A stretch of 63,958 nt of DNA, filler included, from Bigelowiella natans CCMP2755 (taxonomy: Eukaryota > Protista > Cercozoa), in assembly GCA_000320545.1 (NCBI GenBank). It is 6 parts of 6 records of this genome, joined end to end, with 100 filler letters (N's around TTAATTAATTAA, not from the genome) between each part and the next. Parts side by side here need not be neighbours in the genome. Positions count along the whole stretch, not along the records: positions 1 to 16,915 come from ADNK01002291.1; positions 17,016 to 24,832 come from ADNK01001980.1; positions 24,933 to 30,500 come from ADNK01002235.1; 3 more parts are not named here. One strand, 5' to 3'. The notes under the pieces were generated by a model that ran no database searches, was not told the DNA's origin, and worked only from the letters and a program-made list of their open reading frames with translations. This document shows positions 14,151 to 28,029 of this stretch, one piece after another (positions within the stretch are counted from its first letter, which is position 1; every line of letters begins with the position of its first letter). Made by a program: the position numbers and the translations under genes.

Positions 14151-15084
14151 CTACTAACATTCTCTGAAGCTCTGTTCATTCTAAAACAGCTACTGTACCA
14201 CACATATTAGCAATAGCCTTGATAAATTATTATGCTATGTTCCAGGTAAATTAAGCTAACTAGCTAATTCAGGTTGCTGAATTTCCTTCAATACTCAAGA
14301 TCTCTATCTCTTGATAATTTGAATTATTCTTGCCGCGCAACTAGCCTTGACAATCATTGCATTTGCTCCTACAAACACATGATGTCACCAGAAAGATAGA
14401 GGATGCAATGATGTAATAAACCTATGACACACAGCTTACAAATGCTTGGTTACGTTGTACAAATTGGCAGCTTACATGAAATCTATCAATCTATGTGATT
14501 GCGCTCGTACAGTCTAGCTAGCTACAGTGTCACTCATGCTAGCATGCCACGCGAATGCTGCGACACATAATTAGATGGCAGCAATTTGGCATGCATGGAA
14601 GCAATCACCCACAATGCTACAGAACGGCCCATCTAGCCATGCCAGCTTCATGCGTTCTAGCGTTCCCTTTGCGATTATGATCATGCTAGCATGCCAGCTA
14701 GCCAGTTTACAGCCCTTTCGATTTTTCACACATCTGCAGTCAACTAGCTAGCTGTCACCACATTCGACTTTTCAGTTTACAATGGACAATGGACATACTA
14801 GCTAGCTCAATCTAAAGACAAGGTGTACATTGTGTATGTATTACATGTTACATATGAATTGCACACCGTGATCTAGAGATGCAGGCATCACATGTCTAGA
14901 CATGTCTTGGTGTAGGGCTTAGGTAAGCTGGTAAAAAATGATGATGTGTTGGGTCAGCGCATCTAGGCATGTCTAGATGTACTCATCCCTCTAAACAGTT
15001 CGGGAACAATTTTGAAAAAAACAACCCAAAATAACATGATCTATTTACACAACTGTATGCAATGAAACTTTTGTCGGGCTAATA

Positions 15085-16629
15085 TTAATTTCGTTTTTGG
15101 TCTCCAAAGAAAGGAAACTTCCACCTAGAGGAAGGCGAAGAAAGTATCCCACTGCGCTCATCATCATTGAGACGCCTCACATTCTCAAAAATATCTCTAA
15201 ATTGCCCCTGATCTTGCTTCTCGACTTGATCACTGATAATCCTTGCTACTTCTTCCTGCATCCTGCGGAGAACTTCGATCTCAAGCATACGACGATACAT
15301 TTGAGCGGTCTTATGTCCTTGGGTTGCTTGCCAGAGAGTACCCTCCTTTTGCCTTCCCATTCCCATAATCCCACTGGCCAGAACCTGGTCGATTTCCGGA
15401 GAACTTCCCAGCGCGTCACGCAAAATCTAATAACAATTGCAACGTGATAAGGGTATGTGTGCTGCGAAGGTAGAGAACATAAGTATTGAAGTGTCTAATC
15501 TGAGGAAGAGATGATGCTCACTGCTTCTTGTTAACATTCGAATCTAATCACTAATAAAGGAATACGTTCTCCACTTACTTCCATAAGCATTAGCATGCTA
15601 CGAATATAATAAATAACACCTTTACAGCAATACTGGCGCCCTGCAACCTTGCAAGCTCCATCACGGCACCGGCTAATGTTGTTGCTGACTCGGGAGACCA
15701 GGAAGACTGCGACGATACTGGTGTGGAGGAGGTGCTGGCGGTCTTATTAGAGACAAGCTCAGGAGTAGCAGCGGGACGAAACCCCTTCTTCTTGTAGCCG
15801 GATAAGGATGATAATTTAGACGCCGATTTCAAAGGAGAAGGCGGTGGCGAAGATGATGACGGTTTATCGACGACAGCGGCAGCATCTAACACATAAAGTA
15901 GACGTAGCGTGTAGACCCAAAGGCGTTTGTTGAAAGCGACAGCACGATAAAGGAGAGCTCGCATCGCTGCAGCGTCTCTTGACACAGCAGCGCATAATAT
16001 TGCCGCTGGAACTAATTCGAACGTGCTCAATAATGTCCTCTTTGCGTTGTTGCCGGTAGCTGACGATGCCGAAACATTCGCAGGGGAAAATCCAAGATGG
16101 CTGGGGGCGACATTCCATCTCGTTCTGTGCGCCTCATCATCACCGGCTCTGATGATGTTCAGGCAGAGAAGAACAACGCCCTCGAAGAAGCCCCTTCTCA
16201 GGAGCTCTCTCCCGAGGAAGTTCCAATCTACGCAGAAGGTTGATGGCTGTACTAGCACTGAGTAGACGACATTCACGCATGAAGGGTGCCACAGGCTGTT
16301 GGCTGTGACAGTTGGTGATGATGATGGTGGTGATGATGATGATGAGGATGATGACGAGGAGGAACTTCTTACACCACTCGCCCCCCCCTCGTCTGCAGCA
16401 GTATCATATGGGAGAGGCAGCCAACCTCTCATCATACGGTACAGCAGCCCGCCAGCGGGGTCCTCACGCATGAGGCCGAATCTTGAGGGAGATGATAAAA
16501 AGAGTTGTATTTAGGAGGAAGGAAGTTTAAATTGTAGGGAAGGACGGAACGTGGGAGAGCATAACAGCATATTAACAACATTATATAAACATATGACTCC
16601 ATCATGAGGACAAACACAGTTTCGACAGA

Positions 16630-16668
<39 letters not shown>

Positions 16669-17317
16669 TATATAACATAAGAGTGGGGGGGGGGGGGGGG
16701 GGGGGGAAAAAAGGGGGAGAAAACAACCCCACCCTTTTCACTCTCCCAAACGGGCCCCCCCGGAGGTTATGGGGGGGGCCCCCCAAGGGGGAAAGAAAAA
16801 GGGGGACTTCGTAAAAAGGGGGGGGGGCCCAAACCCCCCGGAGATTTTTTTTTTGGGAAGTTTTTGAAAAAAGACGCGGGGAAGGGGGGCGGTTTTCACC
16901 CCCCGGAACAAAAAANNNNNNNNNNNNNNNNNNNNNNNNNNNNNNNNNNNNNNNNNNNNTTAATTAATTAANNNNNNNNNNNNNNNNNNNNNNNNNNNNN
17001 NNNNNNNNNNNNNNNCCCGTTTTTTCAAAGAGTCACCAATTTGTGGTTTTTCGGACCCCCCCCCACCCTTGATAGGCAGGAATATTTTGTGTCGTAATCA
17101 CGCTTTTCTGCGGCGGTTTTTGGTCTCCCCCCCCCCCCCCGGCCTCGATTTTGTCTCCGGCTTGAGGGGCTGTGGAGAAATGAGAAGGAGGAGGGGGAGG
17201 GGTGAAAGAGAGAGAATCAATGCGAGCTAGGAGAAGCTCCAAAGCCTTTCCCGAGTTTGATGTGTCTTGGGAGGAGGAGGAAGTAGAGGAAACTGCAGCC
17301 GGGCCTCTGATGTGGTG

Positions 17318-17366
<49 letters not shown>

Positions 17367-18817
17367 GGGGGGGGTAGGGGGTTGGAGGGGTACAAATAAT
17401 AAGTGCTCAATTCTGTAATATTTCTCAATAATTATAACGCAATTATCCCTCTCTTTCTTTCTTTCTCGGTATTGGGCCCACCCCCCTGCCCGCTCCTTTC
17501 CACAATCGCCCATGATACACCCAACGCTACTGCAATCGTCATACCTCGAGAATGGCGAGAAGGTATGCGCTGACCGCATTCTTCTTATCGATGAAGTGTT
17601 GCTGCTCCCTGGAGTATTGAATTTGTCCTTCCCCTCGTCAGCTGCTGGAGTCTTGGGGCGCTCACCAATAGCGCCGTGAATACCTGCTACTCTATGCCTG
17701 TCATTGTCCGCCTTTAAACGATCAGATCGAGAGCTGCTATTCACTCCTGCTCTCCGAACAGCTACCCCCCCCCCAAATCCGTAGCACCGACGGATGGTGG
17801 AGATTAGCTTGGGGGCTAGGGTGCCGCCTGGCGAAACGCCCGCTGGAGGCAGTAACTCCCGGAGTAGGCCAAGCGTGCTAGATATCGTCCTGGTTTGGGT
17901 TTGATTAAGGAAATAGTCAGAGAGAGGATTCTCATGATAAAGGATTTGACAACATTAGTGTGCAGCCATTCGTGTTACTGTCTTCAGTGTTTGCTGCACG
18001 AACCTGAGAATCGTTTTCGCTGGTGCCCCAGAGTCGGCAGGACCGTTCCTTTCCGCCTCGTCGAGCAATTTCGGGAGCAGGCGCAGGCACATTACTTTCA
18101 GAATCGAACTCATCTTCCGCGACTCTGCAAATTACACGAATCAACCGACTTATCCTCCACCGTTATTATTATCCCGTATGATATCATCAACATCGTCATA
18201 TTTCCCGTGACTAGCGACAGCACAAAACCAACACGCATCAATCAACGCCACCTCATCCAAATCATCATCTTATCAACGGTCATATATCAACCTAATTTGA
18301 GGGTCTTAATCAGCGCTGCAAGCAGCCGAGGGCCTTCCTCCATCAACACCCGATTGCCGTCATTGCCGTCATTGCCACCTGCCCTCTCCATCTCCACCAC
18401 ACTGATTGAAGATGAGGATAACCGTCGAAATCCTGAGAGCAAAGAGTCCAATATCCCCGCCAGATCATCTCGATGTGATTGCTGCAAAGAAGAAACGATT
18501 CCTCCATTTGCTTCGAGGAGGGTTGATAGCCGCTGCAAACTGCTGCCGCTGCTACTGGATATTTTTCCATCGCTACTACTACTACTACTACCACTACTGA
18601 CCCGTATAGGCGTGGTAGTAGTTGTAGTACTAAAAGTAGCAGCAATAGTAGAAGTACCGCTCCCGCTCCTCCGCCGTGTTTGTGGAGTCTGTGGCATCAA
18701 CGACAATTCGGTTCTGCAAGTCTTTAGGACCTCCAAAAGCGTGGTCAAAAACTGTCCATGATCCCCCCTACCCCTACCCCCACCACGATTCCTGAGATGC
18801 GGCGGCCGGTATGCCAT
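15085..18817 (-). CDS. Large multi-exon hypothetical protein (helical segments plus low-complexity linkers), spans an assembly gap
   Basis: Starts MAYRPPHLRNRGGGRGRG at 18817; long coding-like exons at about 18290-18817, 17970-18130, 15620-16490 and 15085-15430. No family recognised; could be two genes either side of the gap. Confidence 0.5.
16916..17015. other. Assembly gap with six-frame stop spacer (others at 24833-24932, 30501-30600, 59593-59692, 62824-62923)
   Basis: N44-TTAATTAATTAA-N44, identical at all five gaps. Confidence 0.98.
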
Positions 18818-19215
18818 CGGACTGTGGCTTGGTTGCCCTAAGTAGGTGGGGGAGGGGTTTGGAAGGAACTGATCAACAGCTTTCTTGGTGGGTGTATTGT
18901 TATCGAGATGTTGCCATTTCTGTACAACATTTACCCCCATAATATCGAAGAAAGGCCTTTACCACAACCGTCAAGAACAAGTTGTCCCCATTTCGTGAGT
19001 TTTTGGTGTCGCTTGTTGATAAACGCTTGTGAAAACATTTATAAACATTATTGTGATAAATACTGGCTATTACCATCATGCGACAATGAATGTCGGTTTG
19101 TGGACGTAGGGACAGCAGCATATCTTACCAGCTCTCGACCGAATCTCTCGCACTCGCGTACTCGTCCCCCCCTCGCGTTGAGCAGAAACGCTGCCATACA
19201 TATACCATTACTATA

Positions 19216-19563
19216 ATGAGGATCCTTGTAGGAGTTAAACGGGTTGTAGACTACGCCGTGAAGGTACGCGTTAGAGCGGACAAAACGGCGGTGGAGCTCA
19301 AAAACACCAAGATGTCCATGAACCCATTCTGCGAGATAGCAGTGGAGGAAGCTGTAAGGCTAAAAGAGAAGAAGGTCCCCCTCCCTTTTCCTTCCCATGC
19401 TATATTTGTTCTTTGATACTTCCATCCTAATCTTCCTTCACGTTCGTAGGGAACTACCCCTCCCCCCCCCCCCCTCCTATTACCATCACTATTCCCATCA
19501 TCAACGTCATCAATGATGCCACCATTATCACACCGCTATTATGAGATCATCACTATCATCACT

Positions 19564-19613
<50 letters not shown>

Positions 19614-20223
19614 GCTTTAGATCGCCAAGGAGGTAGTCGCGGTTTCAGTCGGGCCAAAGGAGGCGCAAGAGACTCTGCGCACAGCACTCGCTATGGGCGC
19701 TGACAAAGCCATCCACATCATCACTGATATGCGTCCGGACCAAGAGCTGCAGCCACTGGCCGCGGCCAAGATTCTTGGCGAGATGACGAAGAAGACCGAA
19801 TCAGATATGGTGGTGGTAGGCAAGCAGTCCATAGATTCAGACGCAGGCCAGGTCGGCCAAATGCTCGCAGGATACTTAGACTGGCCCCAAGCAACCTACG
19901 CTTCCAGTGTTGAGGTGAAGGATGGCGAGAAGATTGAGGTCACAAGGGAGGTTGATGGGGGGCTCTCGACAATTGAATTGCCCCTTCCCGCCGTTGTCAG
20001 TTGCGACCTCCGCCTTAATGAGCCTCGGTATGCAACGCTGCCCAACATAATGAAGGCACGCAAGAAACCGATGGAGACTATTAAGCTGGAAGATCTTGGC
20101 TTGGACGTGGCGCCTCGCCTGAATGTTGTGAGCGTCGAGGAGCCGCCTCCACGCCAGGCAGGGATTAAAGTCGAAAGCGTGGAGGAACTGGTGGCTAAAC
20201 TGAAGGAAGATGGCAAGATCTGA
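19216..20223 (+). CDS. ETFB: Electron transfer flavoprotein beta subunit, exons 19216-19374 and 19621-20223
   Basis: [19 protein letters not shown]...[18 protein letters not shown]; [18 protein letters not shown]; [22 protein letters not shown]. Confidence 0.97.
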
Positions 20224-21067
20224 TGATAATAATATGCTCGATTGCGTCTTTCATCATTCTTACAAAGGGTAGAATGAAGAGAGTGAACGAGAGGTAGCAG
20301 TAGCTAGCGATTAGCCCTCCAGCATCGCGTGCGTTGCATGTACCGGTAGTCGCAACCAATGTACATGTATATGCATGCTTCATTGCTTTTGTGCTGATTT
20401 GAGAACAACATCATCCTAGAACAAAGCGAGAAATCGATTCATATCCGACTCTATGTCTCAGATGTATGCATTGAAATCTTTTCGAACGTACGGCAGCATC
20501 TGTATGCATGCAACTGTTGGAGCAGATTTGCTCTAGACTACACATGCTATGCAGACCAGCGTGTGCTGTCAAGTAACCGCGTGACATGGCTAGTGTCCTA
20601 TGTGTATGATTAATGTCCAAAGTTAGCGGTGGGTACGGACAGATTATGGAAAGATGTGCACTTCATACATGTGAAAAAGCTAGACTGCTTGATGTACTAG
20701 GCGATATACTTACTGTCTATTGATTAGAATAGCTGTATTGAGTTCCAATATTTACTCAATATATAACAAACATCAGGTCACCATGCAGGCCGGCGCAGTC
20801 GTATATATGCTGTGATACCGGGGTTTTGATCATTGCGCTAGCATGGCACTATGAATGAGGCGGCAAGTGATATCTCATAAATCATGTGTACAATTAACGC
20901 AAGGCTATTAATGTGTGCTCCAGTGCTTTATGTTAACTATTAATAATGTTAAATGTGTACAATTTCATGGAAACATATGCCATTGCTAGAGACGTACGAT
21001 GTGTTCGTGCACGCACATGCTTGAAGTTCTATGTTCATGCATTTTACGCAGAACAGACGGTTCCGAA

Positions 21068-21679
21068 TCATTCGGAACTTTCGAAGTTTGCGAATACTTT
21101 CTTCCTTCGTTTGGTTTTACGGCGACACGGCCCCTCCACACGCCTTCTAAACATGACCGTTTCGGTGGCATTATTGTCAAATTTGGGTATGTATGGAGTT
21201 TCACGTCGTGTTCCCCACTGATCTAGCAGTCGCTTCCTTGAGTGCGATGATGTACAAGAAATTGATTCCCCGAAGGGTGGCGACTTAGGCAGCATTTTGG
21301 GCGTGGATGGCGTTGACGAAACCCATTTCCGTCTCTCAATTATGCCATGATTGTTTGGAATAGCGACCTTTAGCGCCTTAATTCGTCGAAAAGTCGCCAA
21401 GGAAGGCGACCAGGATGAGGACCTATCACGTTTTGAACGCGTCGAGAAAGTGTTTTTTCTAATGTTTAAATCGGCAATCCCAGAGGTCACGTCCTGGTTC
21501 TGCTGTCTACTTTTGATCTGCTGTAAAAGCTTGGGGATCTGCCTTAATGTGATGGAAGGCGATGGCAGGATCCGGTCTCTATTTACAGTTTTGCTGACGC
21601 TTGTCAATCCAGTGCACCAGTTCCTTATTACTGGCTTCAGACTTCTGGAGGCCCGATTTCCTTTCGCGTCGCTATACAT
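21068..21679 (-). CDS. Hypothetical basic Ser/Arg/Pro-rich protein (5' exons uncertain)
   Basis: 203-codon ORF in non-repetitive sequence, converging on ETFB; no recognisable domain. Confidence 0.4.
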   Translation of the reverse strand: MYSDAKGNRASRSLKPVIRNWCTGLTSVSKTVNRDRILPSPSITLRQIPKLLQQIKSRQQNQDVTSGIADLNIRKNTFSTRSKRDRSSSWSPSLATFRRIKALKVAIPNNHGIIERRKWVSSTPSTPKMLPKSPPFGESISCTSSHSRKRLLDQWGTRRETPYIPKFDNNATETVMFRRRVEGPCRRKTKRRKKVFANFESSE

Positions 21680-22181
21680 GTGGTGGTGGCGCTAGCCTTG
21701 CTCAACACGGACTTATCCTCGGTCCGCTGCAAAGAGATGGGCAAAATGGACGCTCCGTCTGCGACCCGCTCTCCGATCCACTGGCTCTAAAAATAGGGGC
21801 GTCTTGAAATATGATGATGTGGGAAGTTGTGGAACGGCGATGTAGCAGGCTTGCAGGAGGATTGCGTGGATTACCAAGGCGACCGGACGGCAACGCTTCG
21901 TTGAGGAAGAATTAAATTAAAATGTCGGCAATAAATGGTAAAATTCTTGCCGAAGCGCGGCCAAATCCGAAGAAAAAGGCCTGCTTTTTCGTGCCGGTTT
22001 CACGAGAACGAGGGAAAAGCGTCAACAAAGTTGTTGGATTTGTTGGGAGTTTCGGTGTTCGGCTTTCTACGGAGATAGACCCCAAATATTTTTTCTCCCG
22101 GAAGCAACACAAGTTCAGGAGTGCGACTTCCGGGCCCCGGGCCGGCCTCTCGCTTTCCTCCCGCCTGGCTGGGCGTGCAGG

Positions 22182-23417
22182 ATGAGCCCCGTGAGAGAAC
22201 CAGAAGGCAGGAGAGGGCGTAGTGTCTACCTGATTCTGCTCGCTTTCTGCGTTGCAGCATTTGCAAGATCGAAGTATGCAGCCAGAAGAGGGAGTGCACC
22301 GACGCTGTCCGGCATGCAGCAGGGGTTCATGGAGCCGAAAAAAAGACCCATAAGGTAGCAGCAGTGACGCAGTTGAAGAGTAAATAGTAGAAGTATCGCT
22401 AGCAGAGGGAGGTAGTAGCAGCACCGCTATAACTAGAAGTAAAAGGTACTAGTATGCGATCTTATCAGCCTCCCCCTCCAGGTTGACAAAGGACGTGTTT
22501 CAAGGGAAGAGCATGGTGAGTAGCACCACCCCACCATCCTTAGTGTGTTTCGGGGAGGGCTCTGTGGGTTCAATAGCTATGCATCTGTAGTTACGTGAAG
22601 CCCCCCCCCTCCCGTGCGTTATTCCTTCTATGCTTTCTTTTCCAGTCGGTGCCGAGGCGGAGACAGAGTGAAGACGACGGCTTAGTGCGCAACGTGATGA
22701 TTGCGAACAAGCAACATAAGAACAGCGGCAACAACGATCACACACACACACACACACGCACACACACACACACGCACACCATGTAGTCCTGTCCGCTCGC
22801 ATCCACCATCAAACCATCCTCAATCATGCAAAGTATTTTTAAGTTTCAAAGATTGCTCGTTTTCCTCCTCCCCCTCGTCAGTTTGCTGCTCGTGGTTGAC
22901 TATTGTTACTGCCAAAACTCCTGCTAAAACTACTACTACTACTACTTCTACTACTACTACTTCTTCTCTCTCTCTTTATTGTGACTTCGCAGGCCAAAAT
23001 GGTCACTTTGATAGGCGAAGACGGCAAGTTGACTGAGATAGGTCGTAAGCGCCAACGTGTGGGCGGGGAGCATAACGCATATTAATAAATACATATTTCT
23101 GAAGAGAGATACAGCAAGTAATACTCCTTCCCCTCCTCCTCCCCCCCCAGCGAAAAGACATCTCTCTAAAATCGACATGGGGCAGGATGATGAGGACAAT
23201 GATCTCATCCCGAAAGTGTACGTGCATCGTAATCCTTACCTGCGTCATCGTCAGCATTGGGATCATCGTCATCACTCCCATCATTCTCATCATCATCAGC
23301 GACATTGAAGGCGTGGCGAGCTTTGGGCCTAACGGAAAGGTGTTGATGGCCGTCAATGGTACGTCGTGATGAGAACGTGAATGATGCGACCCTGAGTGGG
23401 ATTTTTTGTTGTATGAT

Positions 23418-23453
<36 letters not shown>

Positions 23454-23759
23454 CGCGCGTGCGTGTTCGGTATGCTTCTTCAATAAGAATAAAACTACAA
23501 CTTTATTAAAGGCGATCCGAGGGTCAACGACGTGCCAATTACCCTTCCCGAGGTGATGGTGATGATGATGATAAGAACATCGCTGTAGCAGCAGCAGCAT
23601 GATGATGACATGTCCGCTTAGAATAGAGAGCCATCTATCATCATCTATTATCATCATCTATTATCATCATCATCATAGGATGGAGACACCGTCGAGCGCA
23701 GGCTGAAGCTGCGGCTTCCCGATCTCCGAAAGCTGCATATCGAGTCGGGGAGCGTGCGC

Positions 23760-23796
<37 letters not shown>

Positions 23797-24024
23797 TGAG
23801 GAAGAGAGGGTTCAAGATTTAGATAAGGTGCTGATTTTGTATCCGAATGGTCACCGTATTGGTCTGTAGGGAGATAGGGGGGGAGGGAGGGGCGGGGCAA
23901 CGACTCACATTGAAAAAAGTAAAATAGTAAAAACAATACATTTGTGTTAACTCTTCCTTAGGCAAATCAGACTCGAATTAAGGTGTATTGCGGCTGCAAA
24001 CGTGCGAGAAGGACAAACGCAGAC

Positions 24025-24055
<31 letters not shown>

Positions 24056-24582
24056 ATGATGATGAAACGAGGAGGAGGAAGAGAGAAAGGGCAAACGAAC
24101 AATGCGCGTCACATTGATAAAGAATAGCGACGATGAAGAAAGGGAGGGGAGGACAGAAGAAGCACATTGTACGCAATCATCATCATCATCATCATCGATA
24201 TCATTGTTTAGTACTACCATACGCACGGGTTCTCGCAGGAAGATCTGCAGCACGAAGTCTTCACGATTCAGTCGGGACATAACAAATATCATATATATAT
24301 TTAATTATATAATGTACACATGACCTCCCTCTCTCTCTCGCTCCCTCTCTGTGTGTGTATGCGCGCGTGTGTGTGTGCGTGTGTGTGTGCGCGTGTGTGT
24401 GTGTTAATCATCTAAAATCTCCGCGTGTTTTCACAAATGCTCTATATTATATTATATATATATATATATATTAGGGACGAGCAAAAGCACGCAGCGCGGC
24501 GACGGCGACGAATGAGTTTTCAAGACGAGTCCTCCACAGACACTACGGTCAGATACTACGCTCTCCCGCCCCCCCCCCGTCC

Positions 24583-24624
<42 letters not shown>

Positions 24625-24745
24625 CTCTCTGCGCGCACGTGCATCACAGAAGCGGTGGATCTGGTTAAGCATAACATTGTGTCGGTCGATTGAATCAGGA
24701 GGAGTACATGGAGGCTCAGAGACTGCATGCCGAGGCATGAAATAA
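22182..24745 (+). CDS. Multi-exon hypothetical protein with signal plus transit-like N-terminus (3' exon frames uncertain)
   Basis: Small exons join in frame via GT-AG: MSPVREPEGRRGRSVYLILLAFCVAAFARSKYAARRGSAPTLSGMQQGFMEPKKRPIR|LTKDVFQGKSM|SVPRRRQSEDDGLVRN|AKMVTLIGEDGKLTEI|GDIEGVASFGPNGKVLMAVN|GDPRVNDVPITLPE|DGDTVERRLKLRLPDLRKLHIES... Confidence 0.6.
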
Positions 24746-25040
24746 CCGCACTTCAAGAACAACGCACGCAAATAGAGAGCAAGCTCAATTCACACCTCTC
24801 GTGTCTCTCTCTCCTCTCTCTCGTTTCTCTTTNNNNNNNNNNNNNNNNNNNNNNNNNNNNNNNNNNNNNNNNNNNNTTAATTAATTAANNNNNNNNNNNN
24901 NNNNNNNNNNNNNNNNNNNNNNNNNNNNNNNNGCACACGAATTTAAGGGGATTGTCCGGAATAGGCAACCATTTTTCTCATTTTGTTCCCCTCTCGTCAG
25001 TGGGGGTGGGGAGGGCGGAGGGAAGGGGAAGAAGAGAGAT

Positions 25041-25073
<33 letters not shown>

Positions 25074-25574
25074 GGGAGAAAGTTTTTTTGAAGCAATTTT
25101 AACTATGCGCTAGTGCCCCCAACCCTCCCAGACCCTTCCTCCTCCCCCCATAGTTTATAATCGAATAATGGGTTCGGGGTAAGGGTGTCTGGGAGCAAGC
25201 AAAGAATCAATGTACTTCTGAGCTTTCTTCTCTTGTTATATCATGCGTGTCGTTGTATTACTGTCTAGGATGTCTTCTAAATCGACGACGGAGCACATTT
25301 CGGGAGCAGCTGCCGCCGCCTCTGCTTCTGGTGGTCTTGACTGTGATATAGCGGCGAAGAGAAGAAGGGGGGATTGGAGGGGGGGGGGGGGGGGGGGGGA
25401 TAATGAGAAAGAAAGAGAAAGAGAGAGAGAGAGTTCAATGAGAGAATATAACTGAATACATTCTGTATCACGTCTTTGTCTCTCTCTCTCTCTCTCTCAT
25501 TCTCTCTCATTCTCTCTCTTAGAGGGTTTTGAGGTATTCATTTAATGACTCCTTCGTCGTGTTTCGAATCAAAG

Positions 25575-25609
<35 letters not shown>

Positions 25610-25675
25610 TCTCTATCACTAATGTTCCCCAACGTCCCGTTGTTATGATGAGGGAGTCTCGCTGCTGTGGCGCAC

Positions 25676-26088
25676 CATGAGCGATGTCTTGGGGATTTGC
25701 AGAGACTCGTCGGAGAAGTCGGGAGATTCGTCGGAGATGGGCGCGGCCTCCCCCGGCACTTTCGCAATGGTATTGCTGAATATCTTGTACAGCCGTTGCT
25801 AAGTAGTATCGATGCATGCGAAAGACGTATTAATTATCGAAAACAAACAAGTTGTAAGCAGGATAAAAGCGAAAAGCGGCATGATAATGCCCAGGTTGTT
25901 GTTTCTGCTGCTGCCTCATATGTATGGTACTCATGATGCCACTGCTACTACCCTCAAATAGTCGGAGGCCGCACAGCCGCCATGGCCGTCAAAGACGGAG
26001 GCGTATAAGAATCCACACCGACCCCTAGCAACGTGTGCATCATATCAGTTTCGTGAGGAAGAAACATGCTGTAGAGAGCAAAGTTGTG

Positions 26089-26125
<37 letters not shown>

Positions 26126-26377
26126 CACACATATAATATTAAAAAATATAATGTTCTTGAAATCAATCTCAGACGACCCTATCATCACTATCTCGTATCG
26201 CAAGCAGCGGTTGCCAAAGTTCAACGGTAGAGAAACGTTTTTGCAATGAAAAATTAAAAATTCGGCGACTCGCTGATATCTCTTTTTTTCTTCTCTCCCC
26301 CCCCCTCTCTCTCTCAATACACTCACAAAATACTCGTAAAAGTTGACTTAAAAAGTTGCATGTATAATCTAAGATAC

Positions 26378-26424
<47 letters not shown>

Positions 26425-26445
26425 GAATATGCATCAACATATGAC

Positions 26446-26482
<37 letters not shown>

Positions 26483-26616
26483 CTGACTGCTATTAATTAC
26501 TATTGCCTACCACCTGTCAATAATGTCAAAGTTATCTTCCATCGTCTCCCTCAGCCCTTGCACTTTCCACGCGCCGTACCTAATAGCATAGAGAGTAGAC
26601 GGCATGCCGATGGAAG
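25676..26616 (-). CDS. PP2C protein phosphatase, PPH1/TAP38-like; exons 26616-26514, 26024-25952 and 25798-25676 (gene extends both ways; 3' end probably in gap 24833-24932)
   Basis: Spliced: ...YAIRYGAWKVQGLRETMEDNFDIIDR|GRCGFLYASVFDGHGGCAASDYLR|QRLYKIFS...; contains PP2C motifs 1 (QGxRxxMED) and 2 (VFDGHGG). Confidence 0.85.
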
Positions 26617-27201
26617 CTGAGAGGGGAAAGAATCGTGCCAAACACGCACTCACCAACCCACCCATACACATACATTCGTGCTGCATAAATGGTCAAAGTC
26701 ACAATAGAGGCTGAAGCGGTGGGGCAACTACATTGCGAGAAGTAAACAAGCTCCTCTCACGACTACAAGTCAAAGGTAATTTCGTCGCATGACGCTGCTG
26801 GAGGAGTCAAAGGACAACGATCTTCGTTCGTATTCTGTTATCTTCTTCTCCCTCTTCGCATTCTTATTATCATCATCATCATCGCCATCATCATTTCAGG
26901 GAGTAGTATCGGCCCAGGAAAACACATTTAAGACGACGATGATAAGAATCTGGGCAGGGTGGGGGATTTATTACTTCAAGCGCTGTTGCTTGTATTTATC
27001 CTCCCACGATTTCGACTTAGGCTGCAAGATCGATTCTGAGGCTCCGCTATCCCCTGTGTTAGTAGTACCAGTCGCAGGTGTAGTTGTTAAGTATTAGATG
27101 TGTTAAATGTAAGTATTAGATGAAAGTAGCAGCAGCGTTATTTTGATGGCAAGTATTACGTTGTATTTCTGCGTGTGTGTGCGCGTGTGTGATATGGAGA
27201 G

Positions 27202-27247
<46 letters not shown>

Positions 27248-28029
27248 AAGTAGAATATTGCGGGTATGGCGGTGTATCGCAGCTACCAGTAGAGACGTCA
27301 TGTGAGGATGTTGATTCTTTTGTCCCATTGGACTTTTGAGACGATGATGGTGATGATGATGATGCTGATGCTGATGATGATGATGCCTCTTCGGAAGACG
27401 AGGGTAAAGAGGTAAGTTTCTGTGAAGGTAAGGGCAATGATGCCAGAGATGATCTGTGCAGTGGACAAGAAGGGGGGGGGGGGGGGGGGCATATTAAAAA
27501 AATCGGGTAGGGAGTAGTAGCTGAGTTACTAGAAAGAGTTGAGGTGGATTTAGGCCGTCGAAGTAGGTCAATAAAAATATGCCCCCAAAGCAGCAGGGTG
27601 ATAGCGAGAAGGATAAATCTAGGTGGACGCTGAATTTGCCGAGCGAAAATGCTGACGATGTGCTGCTGCTGTTGCTGTGGGATGGAGATGTAAATCGCAG
27701 GAGGCAGCAACCACAACCACCGTTGTTTCAAGTACTGGAAAGATCACACGCACCACTCACCTACGCCGTAGATTGTATTGCCTATTTCCTATACGATGGC
27801 CATACATCATCGCTTCCTATAATAGCATTCACGGCACGTACACAACCAGCAAGTATAAGTCGAAGAGAAATATGTAGGGAAAATGTAGTCCGTGAGACGA
27901 TACAATCAGACGAAGACCGTGCGCACACCGCCTCGCTCGCAACGTTAGTATATGGATATTAGTTTCTCCTCGAAACAGTCACATTTGCTGTCGATACACA
28001 TCATTGCCTCAACATCGCAGAGAAACATA

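Noticed and set aside
16685-16915. Homopolymer-rich G/C/A stretch resembling a G-quadruplex region
   Set aside because: Follows a poly-G run and abuts a gap; typical low-quality read end.
16916-17015. TTAATTAATTAA palindrome repeated five times in the window
   Set aside because: Always centred in N runs; an artificial contig-joining spacer with stops in six frames.
23740-24285. Apparent non-canonical GA splice donors in the micro-exon gene
   Set aside because: Nearby GT donors (e.g. AGC|gtgcgc, AAAC|gtgcga, TCA|gtcggg) give open frames, so non-canonical splicing is not required.
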